From Mustelus asterias (Eukaryota): DNA of 64,000 bases. Positions 51,193-62,179 of the stretch are shown in pieces. The position numbers were made by a program, and so were the translations under genes. Position 1 is the first letter of the stretch; each line of letters begins with the position of its first letter. Location: NCBI RefSeq assembly GCF_964213995.1, contig NC_135808.1:31000001-31064000 (forward strand), written 5' to 3'. The notes under the pieces were generated by a model. The model worked only from the letters and a program-made list of their open reading frames with translations. It made no database searches and had not been told where the DNA came from.

Positions 51193-51721
51193 TGTTACAA
51201 TTAGTTATTCTTTCATGCGACATGGCTCTCTTCCCCTTCAATAAGCTGCTGGGCTCATTGTGACAGGAACATGGCTTCCGGTCATATGGGTCAACAAATT
51301 AATAAAGATCTGATGGACAATACGGCAATGGGAGTGGCAACGATAGCATTAATATCACAAAGCATTGGTTCAAAGTCCATGTTAACAGCAGAATAAAGAA
51401 ACAATTGTTGCAGAGGGACATATATCCTGAACATGGTCTCTAAGCAGCCTAATGTCACAACATTGCACCCAATGGGTTGTACCCTTCAGAGGGTGGGCAA
51501 TGGTACCTCCATGAGAACCCCTGGAAAAGGATAGGAATTTTGTCAGCTTCAACTCTGCAATGTTTTGAGGAATGGGTGTTTAATGGGGGAACATAATTTA
51601 GGCATAAAATGGGACTCATGGAGTGAACTGTGACTATCATTCCATTTATCTGAATTGGATATCAATGGAATATGGAGGGTTGACTGTGCCCTGCACACAC
51701 GGATTTCAATTTTCTAGCTGT

Positions 51722-54700
51722 AGAACATAGAACATAGAACAGTACAGCACAGAACAGGACCTTCGGCCCATGATGTTGTGCCGAGCTTTATCTGAAACCA
51801 AGATCAAGCTATCCCACTCCCTATCATCCTGGTGTGCTCCATGTGCTATCCAATAACCGCTTAAATGTTCCTAAAGTGTCTGACTCCACTATCACTGCAG
51901 GCAGTCCATTCCACATCCCAACCACTCTCTGCGTAAAGAACCTACCTCTGATATCCTTCCTATATCTCCCACCATGAACCCTATAGTCATGCCCCCTTGT
52001 AATAGTTCCATCCACCCGAGGAAATAGTCTTTGAACATTCACTCTATCTATCCCCTTCATCATTTTATAAATTCATTCTCCCCTCAGCCTCCTCCACTCC
52101 AGAGAGAATAGCCCTAGCTCCCTCAACCTTTCCTCATAAGACCTACCCTCCAAACCAGGCAGCATCCTGCTAAATCTCCTCTGCATTATCGCCAATGCTT
52201 CCACATCCTTCTTATAGTGAGGTGACCAGAACTGCACACAATATTCCAAATGTGGTCTCACCAAGGTCCTGTACAGTTGCAGCATAACCCCACGGCTCTT
52301 AAACTCCAACCCCCTGTTAATAAAAGCTAACACACTATAGGCCTTCTTCACAGCTCTATCCACTTGAGTGGCAACCTTTAGAGATCTGTGGATATGGACC
52401 CTAAGATCTCTCTGTTCCTCCACAGTCTTCAGAACCCTACCTTTGACCCTGTAATCCACATTTAAATTAGTCCTACCAAAATGAATCACCTCACATTTAT
52501 CAGGGTTAAACTCCATTTGCCATTTTTCAGCCCAGCTTTGCATCTTATCTATGTCTCTTTGCAGCCTACAACAGCCCTCCACCTCTTCCACTACTTCACC
52601 AATCTTGGTGTCATCAGCAAATTTACTGATCCACCCTTCAGCCCCCTCCTCTAAGTCATTAATAAAAATCACAAAGAGCAGAGGACCAAGCACTGATCCC
52701 TGTAGCACTCTGCGAGCAACCTGCCTCCAGTCTGAAAATTTTCCATCCACCACCACCTTCTGTCTTCGATCAGACAGCCAGTTACCTATCCAATCGGCCA
52801 ACTTTCCCTCGATCCCACACCTCCTTACTTTCATCATAAGCCGACCATGGGGGACCTTATCAAACGCCTTACTAAAATACATGTATATGACATCAACTGC
52901 CCTACCTTCATCAACACACTTAGTTACCTCCTCAAAAAATTCAATCAAATTTGTGAGGCATGACTTGCCCTTCACGAATCCGTGCTGACGATCCCGGATT
53001 AATCCGCATCTTTCTAAATGGTCATAAATCCCATCCCTAAGGACTTTTTCCATCAATTTACCAACCACCGAAGTAAGACTAACCGGTCAATAATTACCAG
53101 GGTCATTTCTATTCCCTTTCTTAAACAGAGGAACAACATTCGCCACTCTCCAGTCCTCTGGCACCATCCCCGTGGACAGTGAGGACCCAAAGATCAAAGC
53201 CAAAGGCTCTGCAATCTCATCCCTTGCCTCCCAAAGAATCCTAGGATATATTTCATCAGGCCCAGTGGACTTATCGACCTTCAGTTTATTCAAAACTGCC
53301 AGTACATCCTCCCTCCGAACATCATAAAACATTGATGTCATATACATGGATTTTAGTAAGGCGTTTGATAAGGTCCCCCATGGTCGGCTTATGATGAAAC
53401 TGAGGAGGTGTGGGATAGCGGGAAAGTTGGCCGATTGGATAGGTAACTGGCTGTCTGATCGAAGACAGAGGGTGGTGGTCGATGGAAAATTTTCGGATTG
53501 GAGGCAGGTTGCTAGCGGAGTGCCGCAGGGATCAGTGCTTGGTCCTCTGCTCTTTGTGATTTTTATCAATGACTTAGAGGAGGGGGCTGAAGGGTGGATC
53601 AGTAAATTTGCTGATGACACCAAGATTGGTGGAGTAGTGGATGAGGTGGAGGGGTGTTGTAGGCTGCAAAGAGACATAGATAGGATGCAAAGCTGGGCTG
53701 GAAAATGGCAAATGGAGTTTAACCCTGATAAATGTGAGGTGATTCATTTTGGTAGGACTAATTTAAATGTGGATTACAGGGTCCAAGGTAGGGTTCTAAA
53801 GATTGTGGAGGAACAGAAAGATCTTGGGGTTCATATCCACAGATCTCTAAAGATTGCCACTCAAGTGGATAGAGCTGTGAAGAAGGCCTGTAGTGTGTTA
53901 GCTTTTATTAACAGGGTTTAAGAGCCGTGGGGTTATGCTGCAACTGTACAGGACCTTGGTGAGACCACATTTGGAATATTGTGTGCAGTTCTGGTCACCT
54001 CACTATAAGAAGGATGTGGAAGCGCTGGAAAGAGTGCAGAGGAGGTTTAGCAGGATGCTGCCTGGTTTGGAGGGTAGGTCTTATGAGGAAAGGTTGAGGG
54101 AGCTAGGGCTGTTCTCTCTGGAGCGGAGGAGGCTGAGGTTAATAGAGGTTTATAAAATGATGAAGGGGATAGATAGAGTGAACGTTCAAAGACTATTTCC
54201 TCGGGTGGATGGAGCTATTACAAAGGGGCATAACTATAGGGTTCGTGGTGGGAGATACAGAAAGGATATCAGAGGTAGGTTCTTTATGCAGAGAGTGGTT
54301 GGGGTGTAGAATGGACTGCCTGCAGTGATCGTGGAGTCAGACACTTTAGGAACATTTAAACAGTTATTGGATAGGCACATGGAGCACACCAGGATGATAG
54401 GGAGTGGGATAGCTTGATCTTGGTTTCAGATAAAGCTCGGCACAACATCATGGGCCGAAGAGCCTGTTCTGTGCTGTACTGTTCTATGTTCCATCTATTT
54501 CCTCCAGCCTATTAGCCTGTAACACCTTCTCTTCCTCAAAAACATGGCCCCTCTCCTTGATGAACACTGAAGAAAAGTATTCATTCATCACCTCGCCTAT
54601 CTCTACTGACTCCATACCCAAGTTCCCACTCCTGTCCTTGGCCGGCCCTAACCTCACCCTGGTCATTCTTTTATTCCTCACATAAGAGTAAAAGGCCTTG

Positions 54701-54940
54701 CCGTTTTCCTTGATCCGACCCACCAAGGACTTCTCATGTCCCCTCCTAGCTCTCCTAAGCCCCTTTTTCAGCTCATTCCTTGCTAACTTGTAACCCTCAA
54801 TCGAGCCATCTGAACCTTGTTTCCTCATCCCTACATAAGCTTCCCTCTTCTTTTTCACAAGACATTCCACCTCTTTCGTGAACCATGGTTCCCTCACTCG
54901 GCCATTTCCTCCCTGCCTGACAGGGACATACCTATCAAGG
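51722..54940 (-). mobile_element. Young CR1 (51722-53323 plus 54492-54940), interrupted by an antisense copy of the same subfamily
   Basis: (TAGAACA)n tail at 51722; RT ORF 52073-53068; the ORF2 frame rejoins across the insert as RLEEID-VRREDVLAVL. Confidence 0.92.
53324..54491 (+). mobile_element. 5'-truncated CR1 inserted antisense into its own subfamily
   Basis: CATC duplicated at 53320-53323 and 54492-54495; 8 extra nt (ATAAAACA) at the 5' junction; ORFs 53346-53921 and 53935-54309; GTTCTAT tail. Confidence 0.92.
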
Positions 54941-55858
54941 TTATATCCATTCTGTGCTAAAAAATCATAAAACAGCATATCTTGGAAAAGAACTGTAAAG
55001 TGGCACAGTAAATGCCAATTATGAACAGAACTTTGAACAGTCATGAATCTCGTGAACTACTTTATGATGTAGCGTCGTCAGTCATTAGACTGTTTTGATG
55101 TTGATTGGCCTGTTTTGGTTGTTGAACTTGCACCCAGAGAACTTAGCACCAGTGAAATTTTTCCTTGCAATAGGCTTTTTTTTTTGCGTTTCCTTACACA
55201 GTAAACTATGTCCCCAAGCTAAATGAAATAGATTTTCATAAATGCAGAATTTGAATCAAGATCAGTTCAATTTCAATCGAGGAATAACTTGTTCACACAA
55301 TGTATTGTGAGAATGTGGGATGCTGCCTCTGTGAGTCTTTCATTCCCTTCACATTCCTTGAAGTTCACCCCCACAAAATTCAATGAGGCACTTAAAAACA
55401 TAGAGAGCAACTTCATCAAACCTTGTCAGCATTATCTTCCTAATCCTGCATTCATCATTCACTTATTTAGCTTATCTTGAAAAATCGATGTTTGTGCTCC
55501 AGCTGCTTGACGTGTAATCATGTTTCACATTCTTCCTCAGTAACACCCTGAACCCCAATTTGGTGCCATCTGCAACTGCTGAAATTGCACGAAATGTTTG
55601 TTTCAAAGGTGGTTAGCAAAGATCCCGGTGGATCACTACTTCTCATCTTCCAGAGATTGGGGTAACCACATTGGAATACATAGAATCCCTGCAGTGCATT
55701 ACTTGTCGTGTTTTACCCAGGAATCAATTCCTGGTTTAATGAACCCTGTAAAAGACACAGGATATCTCAGACCAGGCCTTGGAAAGTGTCCCCGATTCCT
55801 TAGTTTATAGAGTATATTGCGTATAGCAACACTGATATCGGGTCTCTTTCCTGTTTTT

Positions 55859-55892
55859 GTGTGCGTGCGTGCCTGTGCGCGTGCGTGTGTCG
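55859..55892. repeat. (GTGC)/(GT) microsatellite
   Basis: Direct reading. Confidence 0.7.
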
Positions 55893-56084
55893 CCTGCATC
55901 CTCTCTGTTCGTCTATCAATGTGTAGATGTGTCTCTGCCTGCACCCAACTCTCGGACAATCTATCTCATTCTCACTCCTTTTACCTCTCTGACACTGTAC
56001 CTTGCTGTGCCTCTGTCACGCTTCTCTCACTCTGTACCTCCATCTCTCTCTCTCTCTCTTTGTGTCTGCATTCTTGCCTCTGCG

Positions 56085-56880
56085 ATTCAGAACAGCCAAT
56101 ATCCATATATAGCAAGACCTACACATTTTTAGGCATGGGCTGATAACTGGTAAGTAAGATTCACGCCATACCCAAGATCCAGGCAATCACCCTCTCCAGC
56201 AAGAAAGAATTAAAAAATCTCTCTTTCATATTCAACACAATTCCCATTACTAAGTTGCTCACGATCAATAATTAGTTGTAACCATTGTCCAGAAACTGAA
56301 CTGGACTAACCAAACAAAATACTGTGGCTGCCAGAGCAGATCAGAGGCTAGGAATCCTGCGATGAGTAACTCACCTCCTGACTCCCCAAAACCTTTCCAC
56401 CATTGGACAAGGCACAAATCAGGAGAGCAACAGAATACTCTCCACTTGGCTGGATGAGTGCAGCTCCAACAACACTCAAGTGCAACACCGTCCAGAAAAA
56501 GCCATGACTGCATGCTTAAACATTCACACCCTTCAACACCGATGCATTGTATACCATATAAAAGATGTACTGCAGCAAATAACCAAGGCTCCTTCAACAC
56601 TACCTTCCAAACCCATGACTCTACCACTTAGACAGCAGAAATGTTGGAACATCACCAACTGGATGTTTGCCTCCAAGTCATTCACCATCTTCACTTGGAA
56701 ATATATCACTGTTCCTACAGTCGCTGGGTCAAAATCCTGGAATCCATCCCAAACAGCACTGGGAGTGTACCTACATGACTGTGGTTCAAGAAGGCAGCTC
56801 ACCACCACTGTCTCAAGGGCAACTAGGGATGGGCAATAAGTGCTGACCTAACCAACAATGCCCACATCCCTAAGAGGGCA
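56085..56880 (+). mobile_element. 3' fragment of a second LINE family, degenerate
   Basis: WADNW.V.F.P-like remnant (gggctgataactggtaagtaagattcacgcca); ends in caagggcaactagggatgggcaataagtgctg, a tail shared with the SINE at 60850. Confidence 0.6.
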
Positions 56881-56949
56881 AAGTAAATTACTCCGCTTAT
56901 CGCTCTGTAGTGTCCTTTCTCCTGATCGAGCCCTTTCTACGTTTCATGA

Positions 56950-58230
56950 AAGAACAAAACAAAGAACAAAGAAAAGTACAGCACATGAAAAAGCCCTTCA
57001 GCCCTCGAAGCCTGTTCCGATCATGATGACCCAACTAAATTTTAAAAACTAAACTAAAAAAAATCCCTTCATCTGCCTCCCGATTCATGTACCCACCCCC
57101 AGATGCCTCTTAAATGTTGTAAATGTGCCTGCTACCGCCACCTTCCCTGGCAGAGCATTACCGGCACCCACCACTCTGTGAGAAAAAATTATCCCACACA
57201 TCGCCCTTACACTTTCCCCCTCTCACCTTGAACCTGTGCCCCCTTGGAACTGACAATTCCACCCTTGGAAAAAGCCTTTAACTATCCATCCTGCCTATGC
57301 TTCTCATAATTTTGTAGACCTCTATCAGATTTCCGCTCAAGCCTCCGTATTTCCAGTGAAAACAATCCTAGTTTATTCAACCTCTCATACAAAGAACAAT
57401 ACAGCACAGGAACAGGCCCTTTGGCCCTCCAAGCCTGCACCGATCATGTGTTCCTAACTAGACCATCCGTTTGTATCTCTCTCTTCCCAGTGTGTTCATG
57501 TGGCTATCTAGATAAGTCTTAAATGATCCTAGTGTGTCTGCCTTGACCACCTTGCTTGGTAGTGCGTTCCAGGCCCCCACCACCCTCTGTGTAAAAAACA
57601 TCCCCCGCATATCTGTAATGAGCCTTGCCCCCTTACCTTGAACTTGTGACCCCTTATGTTTGTCATTTCTGACCTGGGAAAAACCTTCCAAATGTTCACC
57701 CTATCTGTGCCCTTCATAATTTTATAAACTTCTATTAGGTCACCCCTCAACCTCCCCTAGTTTACTCAATCTCACCTCTTAGCTAATACCCTCCATACCA
57801 GGCAACATCCTGGTAAACCTTTTCTGCACTCTCTCCAAAGCCTCCACGTCCTTCTGGTAGTGTGGCGACCAGAACTGGACGCAGTATTCCAAATGTGGCC
57901 TAACCAACGTTCTATATAACTGCAACATCATATGCCAACTTTTATACTCTATGCCCCGTCAAATAAAGGCAAGCATGCCATATGTCTTCTTCACCACCTT
58001 TTCCACCTGTGCTGCCACCTTTTACGGATCTGTGGACTTGCACGCCCAGATCCGTCATCATAGTCAACAATCCATCATCATAGTCAACAACCTCAAGACC
58101 AGGCAACATTCTGGTGAACCTTCTTTGCACTCTCTCCAAATGTTCCACTTCCTTCTGACTGTGGTGACCAGAACTGCACGCAATACCCCAAATGCGGCCG
58201 AAACAAGGCTTCGTATAGCTTCACCTTGTG
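56950..58230 (-). mobile_element. Stack of CR1 3' fragments (about 56950-57388, 57389-58050 and 58090-58225)
   Basis: Two (AAAGAAC)n tails; ORFs 57458-57691, 57529-57750, 57942-58148 and 58093-58302. Confidence 0.85.
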
Positions 58231-58519
58231 TTTCATTCTCTGTGTATGTCTTTCTCTTCTGTTTTCTCTTTCACTATGACTTTCACTGTGCTCCTTGCTC
58301 ATTTCTCTGTCTCTCTAACTTACAGTTTTTATCGTCTCTTTCCATCGATCAAGCCCCACTCTACCTCTCTCCTCAGTGACACTCCTGGGTATTTATTTCG
58401 TTGTCTCTAATTACTTTTCACTGTATGCTAATACATGTGACAATAATAAATCAAATCAAAAATCGTCTCCGTCTGAGAGACAGACTGTCTTTCGTCCCTT
58501 GTCGGTCACTGTATTTGAT

Positions 58520-58660
58520 CCCTATAGACCGCCCCCCGCGCCCCGCCCCCGCTCCCTCCCCCGCTGTGGTGTTCTTTCCTCCGAATTCGCTAATCTGCAG
58601 TTTGGATGTGATTCAGGATTGGGGAAATTCCTCTCATTTTTCACTGAGGAAACGAACAAT
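58520..58660 (-). promoter_or_regulatory. Candidate promoter: NF-kB site, CCAAT box and GC boxes
   Basis: GGGGAAATTCC at 58621-58631; ATTGG at 58618-58622; ccgccccccgcgccccgcccccgc at about 58529-58552; IRF-like half sites (tttttcact, gaaacgaac) at 58637-58657; locally CpG-rich. Confidence 0.45.
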
Positions 58661-59326
58661 AGAGTTGCTTGGAGCGCGCATTCCAACGATTAATCACAAG
58701 CCAGGGTCTATGAAAGGAAGGGGGGGCGTGGGGGTGGGGGGTGGGGGCGGCGGTGGAGGTGGGAATGGGTCTATCTTGTGGTTAGGCTGATGTCCCGTGT
58801 TGGGTTATTGACAGTTCATCTGAACAGGCCGAACACCTGAAGCTGAGCTGGTGTTATGTGAAAATGTAACCATGTTGCAAAGTGCACTGCCTCTTTGAGG
58901 ACTCCAGAATGTGTGTGAGCCGCTATTGCAAAGCTGCATTTATTCGAGTTTTGTGACAACAAAAACCCGAAACTATGGTCAAATTTACTGGGATTTTTTT
59001 CCATGACTCTCTATGCAAGGACATGACTCTTTTTTTCACTCACCGAATGGGGTATGCGTCAGAAAAATGCCCCTGATTCAAATTCAGCCTTTCATAAGTT
59101 TCATGGAAATAACATAGCTTGTGGGACATTTCTTTCTGTGGGTGCTGCTGGCGAGGTCGCCATTTATTGTCCATTTGTGAGCTATTTGGCCACTCTGGAG
59201 TCGGCAGCTAAGAGCCCAGTTGTGGGGCCAGAGTCACAGATCAGCCAGTCTCAATTGCAGCAGTAGATAGTTGAGCCGTTTATTTTTTGAAATCCGCCAG
59301 CACTTCAAACGTTTATGTCAGGATGA

Positions 59327-59350
59327 GTGTGTGTGTGTGTGTGTGTGTGT
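59327..59350. repeat. (GT)12 microsatellite
   Basis: Direct reading. Confidence 0.9.
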
Positions 59351-59750
59351 TTCTACATTCAAATTCTCAAAATGCTATACCATCTCCCGGTGCCTGGATT
59401 ATTAATCCAAAATTTGGGAAAGGGTCACTCGTTCAGTAACACGACGACTGAACTAACACAGCCCATCGAACAAAGAGCCCCCAACAATGTACAGGTGCTC
59501 CCTTAAGCAAGCCGTGTGTTTGCGAACGCTTGTCAGCAACATGGAACAAGATGAGGCCATTCTGTCCGTCGACCCTGCTCCAACACTTAATATGATCATA
59601 GCTCGATCGGACACTTCAATGCCTGAGACATCCAGCATCCCACCAACCCTTTACGTTACTGTTAATCAGAAATCTATCAATCTCTGCTTTAATAGGAGGA
59701 CGAGCTCAGTCCACCTTCTGCCCCAGCAGAAGCACATCTCAACATGTAAT

Positions 59751-60035
59751 CGCACGGTGGTATAGTGGTTAGCATTGTTGCCTCACAGTGCCAAGGACCT
59801 GGGTTTAATTCCTGGTTGGGTCACTCACTGTCTGTGTGGAGTCTGCTTGTTTTCCCTTACCTGTGTGGGTTTCGTCCCATAGTCCGAAAGGTGCCCTGGT
59901 TGGGGGCATTGGCCATGCTAAATTCTCCCTCAGTATACCTGAACAAGTGCCAGAGTATGGTGATTAGGGGATTTTCACAGTAACTTCATTGCAATGTTGA
60001 TATAAGCCCACTTCTGACATGAATAAACAAAGGTA
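59751..60035 (+). mobile_element. V-SINE
   Basis: A box, V core, same tail type as 12480 and 37934. Confidence 0.8.
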
Positions 60036-60849
60036 AAACTTAATCATTCATCATACATGCGATTAGCCTGTCATTGTTCAATGTCTTGGAGCTATTCCAA
60101 AAACATCATAAATAGACACAATCTCCTTCAAAGTGCCCAAGATGTGCCCATAAGAAGGGAACTTATCCTTTGACATGAAGGTAAAATCAATAGATATTTT
60201 TTGTAAATTAAATGGGGGGGGCATTACAGCAGAAGGCAACAAAGCAGAAATCTAAACAGCAAAATGCTGGAAAGGCTCAGAAGGTCTGGCAATATCTGTA
60301 GAGGGGGAAAGTTTTAAAGTTTCAGGTGGGTGAGTTCTCCTCAGTGGTGAGAATGGAGGGAGTGCCAACCAGAGTTAAGATCTCAACTAAAATGCAAAAC
60401 TGTAGATAACAAGGAGAGAAAAGGAAACAGGAGCCCATTTGATTTAAATTTCTCAATATCACCGGTTCTCTGTGTGTACTTTCCACAGTGCATTTATTTA
60501 ATGTAAATTGCCAGTATTGTCCCTTGTTACCTGAAATAAAATATTCCATAAGGGAAAATGGTATATGATTGCACGCTTAATCAGGCCACCTCCTTGTTTA
60601 CAAATATTTTGTGACTGGCTTTGAATATATATGTGTTAGGAGGCACTTGGGGTCTGGTTTAATCCATAATTCTATGTTTCCATTTGTGGAGGATATTGAG
60701 TTGGATGATCATAACAGAAGGCAGAGGAGGCAAGATGGGCCGATTGCCCCACTCCTGCTCATATTTTCTACATTTCTGTGTATGCCAAGACAGAATTTAG
60801 AACTCTCCCAGCTTGATCTCTGATAACTGAACATTGGGCGTCTATTAGG

Positions 60850-61232
60850 GACATGGCCTAGTGATATTATCACTAGACTATTAATCCAGGAACTGAACTA
60901 ATGTTTTTGGGACCCAGGTTTTAATCCTGCCATGGCAGATAGTGGAATTTGAATTCATCAAAAAATTCTGTAATTAAGAATCTACTGATGACCATGAAAC
61001 CATTGTTGATTGTCGAGAAAAAACCCAACTGATTCACTAATGTCCTTTAGGGAAGGAAATCTGCAGTCCTTACTTGGTCAGGTCTACATGTGAATCCAGA
61101 ACCACAGAAATGTGCTGTGATGCCCCTCAACTGTGCCCCCCCTCCCCCCCCCCCCCCCCCCCCCCCCGCCCGGGGCAACTAGGAATGGGCAATAAATGCC
61201 TGCTAGCGATGCCCATGTCCCAAAATGAATTG
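60850..61232 (+). mobile_element. Second SINE family, with an internal poly-C run
   Basis: ggcctagtg head; gggacccaggttttaatcc B-box-like; tail gggcaactaggaatgggcaataaatgc. Confidence 0.65.
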
Positions 61233-61535
61233 AAAAATATACATTGATGTCAGTCATAAAGAGATGTGTCCTGAACTCCCCTGTAGGTGTTATTTATGCC
61301 CGGGTTAGTGAAGAGCTGTTTCTAATTATTCGAATTGCGAAGGTTCCCTTTAACTCAACATGGGCATCACACAACCGACACTGCCTGTCACAATCACATT
61401 GTACAAATCTGAGACTGGTAGCAGTGGTGTATTAGCAGCCACACTGTGCAGTTTGTGTCTGTATGTCCACCTTTTCAATGTAAGAAGTCTCACAACACCA
61501 GGTTAAAGTCCAACAGGTTTATTTGGTAGCAAATA

Positions 61536-61574
61536 CCATAAGCTTTCAGAGCTTGCTGCTCCTTCGTCAGATGG
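61536..61574 (-). ncRNA. Minimal type I hammerhead ribozyme
   Basis: CCAT-CTGACGA-A-GGAGC-AGCAA-GCTCT-GAAA-GCTT-ATGG (G-U at the base of stem II). Confidence 0.75.
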
Positions 61575-61903
61575 AGTGGTCTCTGTTCTCCAACAGTGCA
61601 CAGACTCAGAAATCAAGTTACAGAATACTAATTAGAATGCAAATCTCTACAGCCAGCCAGGTCTTAAAAGGTACAGATAATGTGTTTGGAGGGAACATTA
61701 AACACAGGTTAAAGAGATGTGTATTGTCTCCAGACAGAACAGCTGGTGAGATTATGCAAGACCAGGGCGAGCTGTGGGGGTTGCTGATAATGTGACATAA
61801 ATCCAACATCCCGGTTTAGGCCGTCCTCATGTGTGCGGAACTTGGCTATCAGTTTCTGCTCAGCGACTCTGTGTCTGTGCACTGTTGGAGAACAGAGACC
61901 ACT

Positions 61904-61942
61904 CCATCTGACGAAGGAGCAGCAAGCTCCGAAAGCTTATGG
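61904..61942 (+). ncRNA. Minimal type I hammerhead ribozyme
   Basis: CCAT-CTGACGA-A-GGAGC-AGCAA-GCTCC-GAAA-GCTT-ATGG; stem I CCAT/ATGG, stem II GGAGC/GCTCC, palindromic AAGCTT. Confidence 0.85.
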
Positions 61943-62179
61943 TATTTGCTACCAAATAAACCTGTTGGACTTTAACCTGGTGTTATGAGACTTCTTACTG
62001 TGCTTACCCCAGTCCAACGCCGGCATCTCCACATCATGACCACCTTTTCAATGACCAGAAACTGTACAGCAGAATTTGGCTTTTGCGAAAATTCACAGAT
62101 ACAATTGGTCATTAACGCCATGTACCATAAAACGACAGGTCTCCAGCATAGTGTATCATGGAAGCATAAAAAATATATT

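Larger units (their letters stand above)
61481..62039. mobile_element. Truncated Penelope-like element with inverted pseudo-LTRs
   Basis: 14-bp TSD CCACCTTTTCAATG (61467-61480 and 62040-62053); inverted arms at about 61481-61605 and 61873-61998; the minus strand encodes the GIY-YIG C-terminus RVAEQKLIAKFRTHEDGLNRDVGFMSHY. Confidence 0.92.

Noticed and set aside
55198-55218. 21-nt ag/gt-bounded mini-exon candidate on - (xWGHSLL) as part of a split leader
   Set aside because: The phase is compatible, but it is too short to distinguish from chance without transcripts.
60322-60440. MGSCFLFSPCYLQFCILVEILTLVG as the MHC leader
   Set aside because: No convincing phase-1 donor; the frame runs into a stop in a decayed Penelope-like repeat.
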